Of a stretch of DNA of 64,000 nt, positions 61,033-64,000 are shown piece after piece. Below the pieces are notes generated by a model. That model was not told where the DNA came from, ran no database searches, and was given only the letters and a program-made list of their open reading frames with translations. A program made the translations under genes and the position numbers. Source of the DNA: Craspedostauros australis (taxonomy: Eukaryota); assembly GCA_030167865.1 (NCBI GenBank), contig JALAGF010006677.1:1-64000 (forward strand), given 5' to 3'. Within the stretch, counting starts at the first letter, position 1; each line of letters begins with the position of its first letter.

Positions 61033-64000
61033 ATGGGGCGTCCACCGGGTTCGAAGCGGTACATCCGCGAAGATGCCAAGCAACCGGCTGCATCACCGGC
61101 AGCAAACGGAAAAGGAGGAAACGGTGGCGGAGGAAGGAGTGTTGCGCAAGACAAGGAGACCTATCCTCGAAGAAACCCTCGCTTGGGAACCAACTTTCAA
61201 ACGAAGGTGCCAAGCTGTGTTGGCGGCAGCAGCTCTGCCACCGACGCAGATCAGGATGAAGGAGGACGCAGACCAGCGCCGGATCTCATGTCAGGAACGC
61301 ACCCCTTTCGAACGGCGGAGGAGATGGATGTCATGAACGATGGCGTTGCTTCCAAGAGTGAGTGCAACCTACGAAACCGTTGAAGAAACGAAAGACAACC
61401 CAAGCATGGGAACGATGTCGTCTCGAACCATCATCATCATCATGATGGCTGTGACGACGTGGAAGGAGCAGCCCGTCCAAACGAGTGAGACGAATCATTC
61501 TCAAAGCAGATCATATCACATGCATGCGTGCAGCGACAGCCAATCCCTCGGCACAGGAGATGCTCCAAAGCAGATCCGTGCACAAGCGAACCTATCCATC
61601 ACTTGCAAAGGATTGGTCATGATGAAGCATGCCACATCATCCAATCCAACTCAACCAAGTGACCGAGGGATCATTCTGCGAAGCAAGGGATTGGCTCGGC
61701 AGTACCATGCATGGGAGAGACGGAAACTGCCGAAAGGATGGAGTTCGTGATGCTGCCAATCGATCCGTTCGCGCAGCTATCGCCCCCCTGCGGCCAAAAC
61801 GTTGACTTCACTCACACTTGCCATCTTTGTTTGGACCATTGCTTGAACATGAACGGAATACCACCTTCCACACTTGCTCGCCTGCTTGCCGCACCATACT
61901 CACCATCCTCGCCTCCATCTCCTTCCATCATTCCATGCGGAACACCTGCTCTCAAAGCCAACGCAACAGGATCCTCTCCAGCCGGCACAAGAAGGACAAC
62001 AGCGGACGAGGCGCTCAGAGGCATCGTTGTTGGTGATGGTGAACATGGTGGTCGTGTCGCGTGTCGGATTAGTCGACAAAATCAGTCGTCGATTCCAATG
62101 ACTCAAACACGAACTGGTGGCATCCTCACACATTCCGCTGAAAACCATGTCCATCATCACCGCTTGCCACAACATGTCCACGAAACCTTTCTTTCTTCTT
62201 CTTCTTCTCTTTCGGCTGTAGCAACAACAGCAGCAACAACTGAAAGCGCATCTTCACATTCGAGTGACGGCGGCTTGGATCCAAGCAGACAGTTTGCAAA
62301 GTTCGTCCAACCCCTCTTCCAATCTTTCGACAGCCAACCAACACGAAGCGCTCATGATGTGACGGAAAGCGTGCAGCACATGATACGGCTGCATGCGCAA
62401 GCAACTCCAGCCAAGCGTAGTCGAGGTCCACGCGGTCGCAAGCGTAACGTGTGGGAGACCCAGCCGAAGTCCAATGGGATCGATGATCTGGAACAAGTGT
62501 GGCGACAGAAGCGAAGGCGGAATCTGCAACATCATCTCAATCAGCAGACCGGCTCGCAGGAGGATGACAGCTCCGCGCTGGCCTACTTGTGCGCATCGCA
62601 TGGGGGTGATGCGACGCAGGCAGAGCTTGCCACCATGGTACAGCTATTGGGAGGAAAAGGTAAGCATCTGGCGTGCACCCGTCCGTGTGTCTGAAGTCTG
62701 CTCCAACAACTTTGGTTTTGTGACACTCTCTTTGAGATGGAAGGGGTGCGAGAATTAGAGTGTGTGCCCTATTCATTCTTCTGCAACGCACACCCACATG
62801 CGTATGTTACTGGCATTCGTCCACATATTCACCTCCTCTGCGCTTCGTTCATATATTCCTTCATTCCTTCATCCATCTCGAGCAGCATCCAAAACGAGGA
62901 AACTACGGGAGAGGAGGCGCTGGGACGAAGGAATCAAGTTGCCACTCACATCGTCGGAGTCATGGAGAATACGTTACGACAATCACCACGAATCATTCTT
63001 GGGGCAGGTGCAGGAGGATGGCGCGTCTCCCAGATATCGTGCTTGGCCCACTGGGAAGGCTCAGGCAGGGACGGACTCTTTCTTCATGGATATGGAGTCG
63101 GCGGATGCAGAGGAAAGGAAGGGCGCGTGGAGATCAGTGCATGCATTCGGAGCAGCGCTGGAGCACCAATTGAACGATGAGTCCACCGCGTCTCAGCAGA
63201 AGCCGTTCCTTTCCACAGCCATGACGTACATACAGACAGCCCGCGATTTGCCCATTCCAGAATCCTGCTTTGGAACAAATCACGTCATGGTGGAAGAAGT
63301 GGCATCCTGCATGCATTCCATCCTCGATCGCATCGACGACCTACGCGATGCCCGATGCCGAATACTGGACATGCTGTACGACGAAGACTGCGAAGGAGTT
63401 GATGTGGATGCTCTTCAAAAGTGCATGAACCAAAACATCAAGTCACTCCCACTCCATCTCGATGAGGAACACGCCATCACGCAGTTTTGCGACTCCGTGA
63501 AGACCTGGGAACGCAAGGTAGCAGCAACACTTGATGCAAAGCAATCCACAGGCAAAGGAAAGTCGTCGAACAAGACGGAGAGAGACGATTTGGGAAACGC
63601 TCAACGGTTGCTGGCAGAAGCGCGTATGCACGCCTTTCGTTCAAAAGCCGTGGTGCAGCTCGAATCGAGGGTGGAGAAGGCCTGCAAGATCCGAGATAGA
63701 ATCAACGAATGGGACATCGCCTGCAATATTAGCAGCGGCAACAACGTCAACAGCAGCAACGGCAATAGTAACAGCAACAAATGGTCCATCAAAAACATCG
63801 CCGGTGTTATCCGGGAGGCCAATCGATTGAAATTCATGTTCCCCGTGCTCAGTAAGCTCACCCAGATGCATAGAGAATGCGAATGCTGGATCGACCGAGC
63901 CAACATCGCCATCCGGTCCAGAATATCGCTGTCAGAAATCAAGCAACTGGTGGCGCGTGGTCAGGAAATGCCCGTCGACGTCTCGGACTACATCGAAAAG
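61033..64000 (+). CDS. Partial multi-exon putative chromatin protein (AT-hook-like and ELM2-like N-terminus, PLU-1-like helices); runs off the window
   Basis: GRPPGS and RLGTNFQTKVP; donors at 61358 and 62660. The frame is open from 62886 to the window end (WERKVAATL...WIDRANIAIRSRISLSEIKQLVARGQEMPVD). The second-exon acceptor is uncertain. Confidence 0.6.

Noticed and set aside
1..64000. tRNA, rRNA or CRISPR arrays
   Set aside because: None recognised by eye; tRNAscan-SE or Infernal would be needed to exclude small RNAs.

Overview
Gene-dense eukaryotic window with short GT-AG introns and N-gaps. It is most likely a diatom (probably pennate), judged from a CoDi-type copia element, an ASAF-like plastid signal and gene content; the species is not determinable here. 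About 20 host genes are present. They include a 5-exon DNMT3-type C5 methyltransferase, two GT92-like glycosyltransferases, a RAI1/DXO-like nuclease, an ER TPR protein, two alpha/beta hydrolases, a class IV-like HDAC and a choline transporter. Also present are a lipoate ligase, an ALKBH4-like dioxygenase, HEATR1/UTP10, a P450, ALG5, a STAND-like ATPase and a partial PLU-1-like gene. Highlights: (1) a selenoprotein H gene that the ORF track breaks at an in-frame UGA in CxxU, with a candidate SECIS; (2) a young Ty1/copia element (about 12345-19118) with identical 168-bp LTRs lacking TG...CA ends, a chromodomain-like integrase tail, a possible gag stop readthrough and two microhomology-bounded RT deletions; (3) an AlkB enzyme with a PIP box and UBZ finger; (4) E2F sites about 300 bp upstream of the DNMT3, AlkB and SelH genes. 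All calls come from reading the sequence; no database searches were run.
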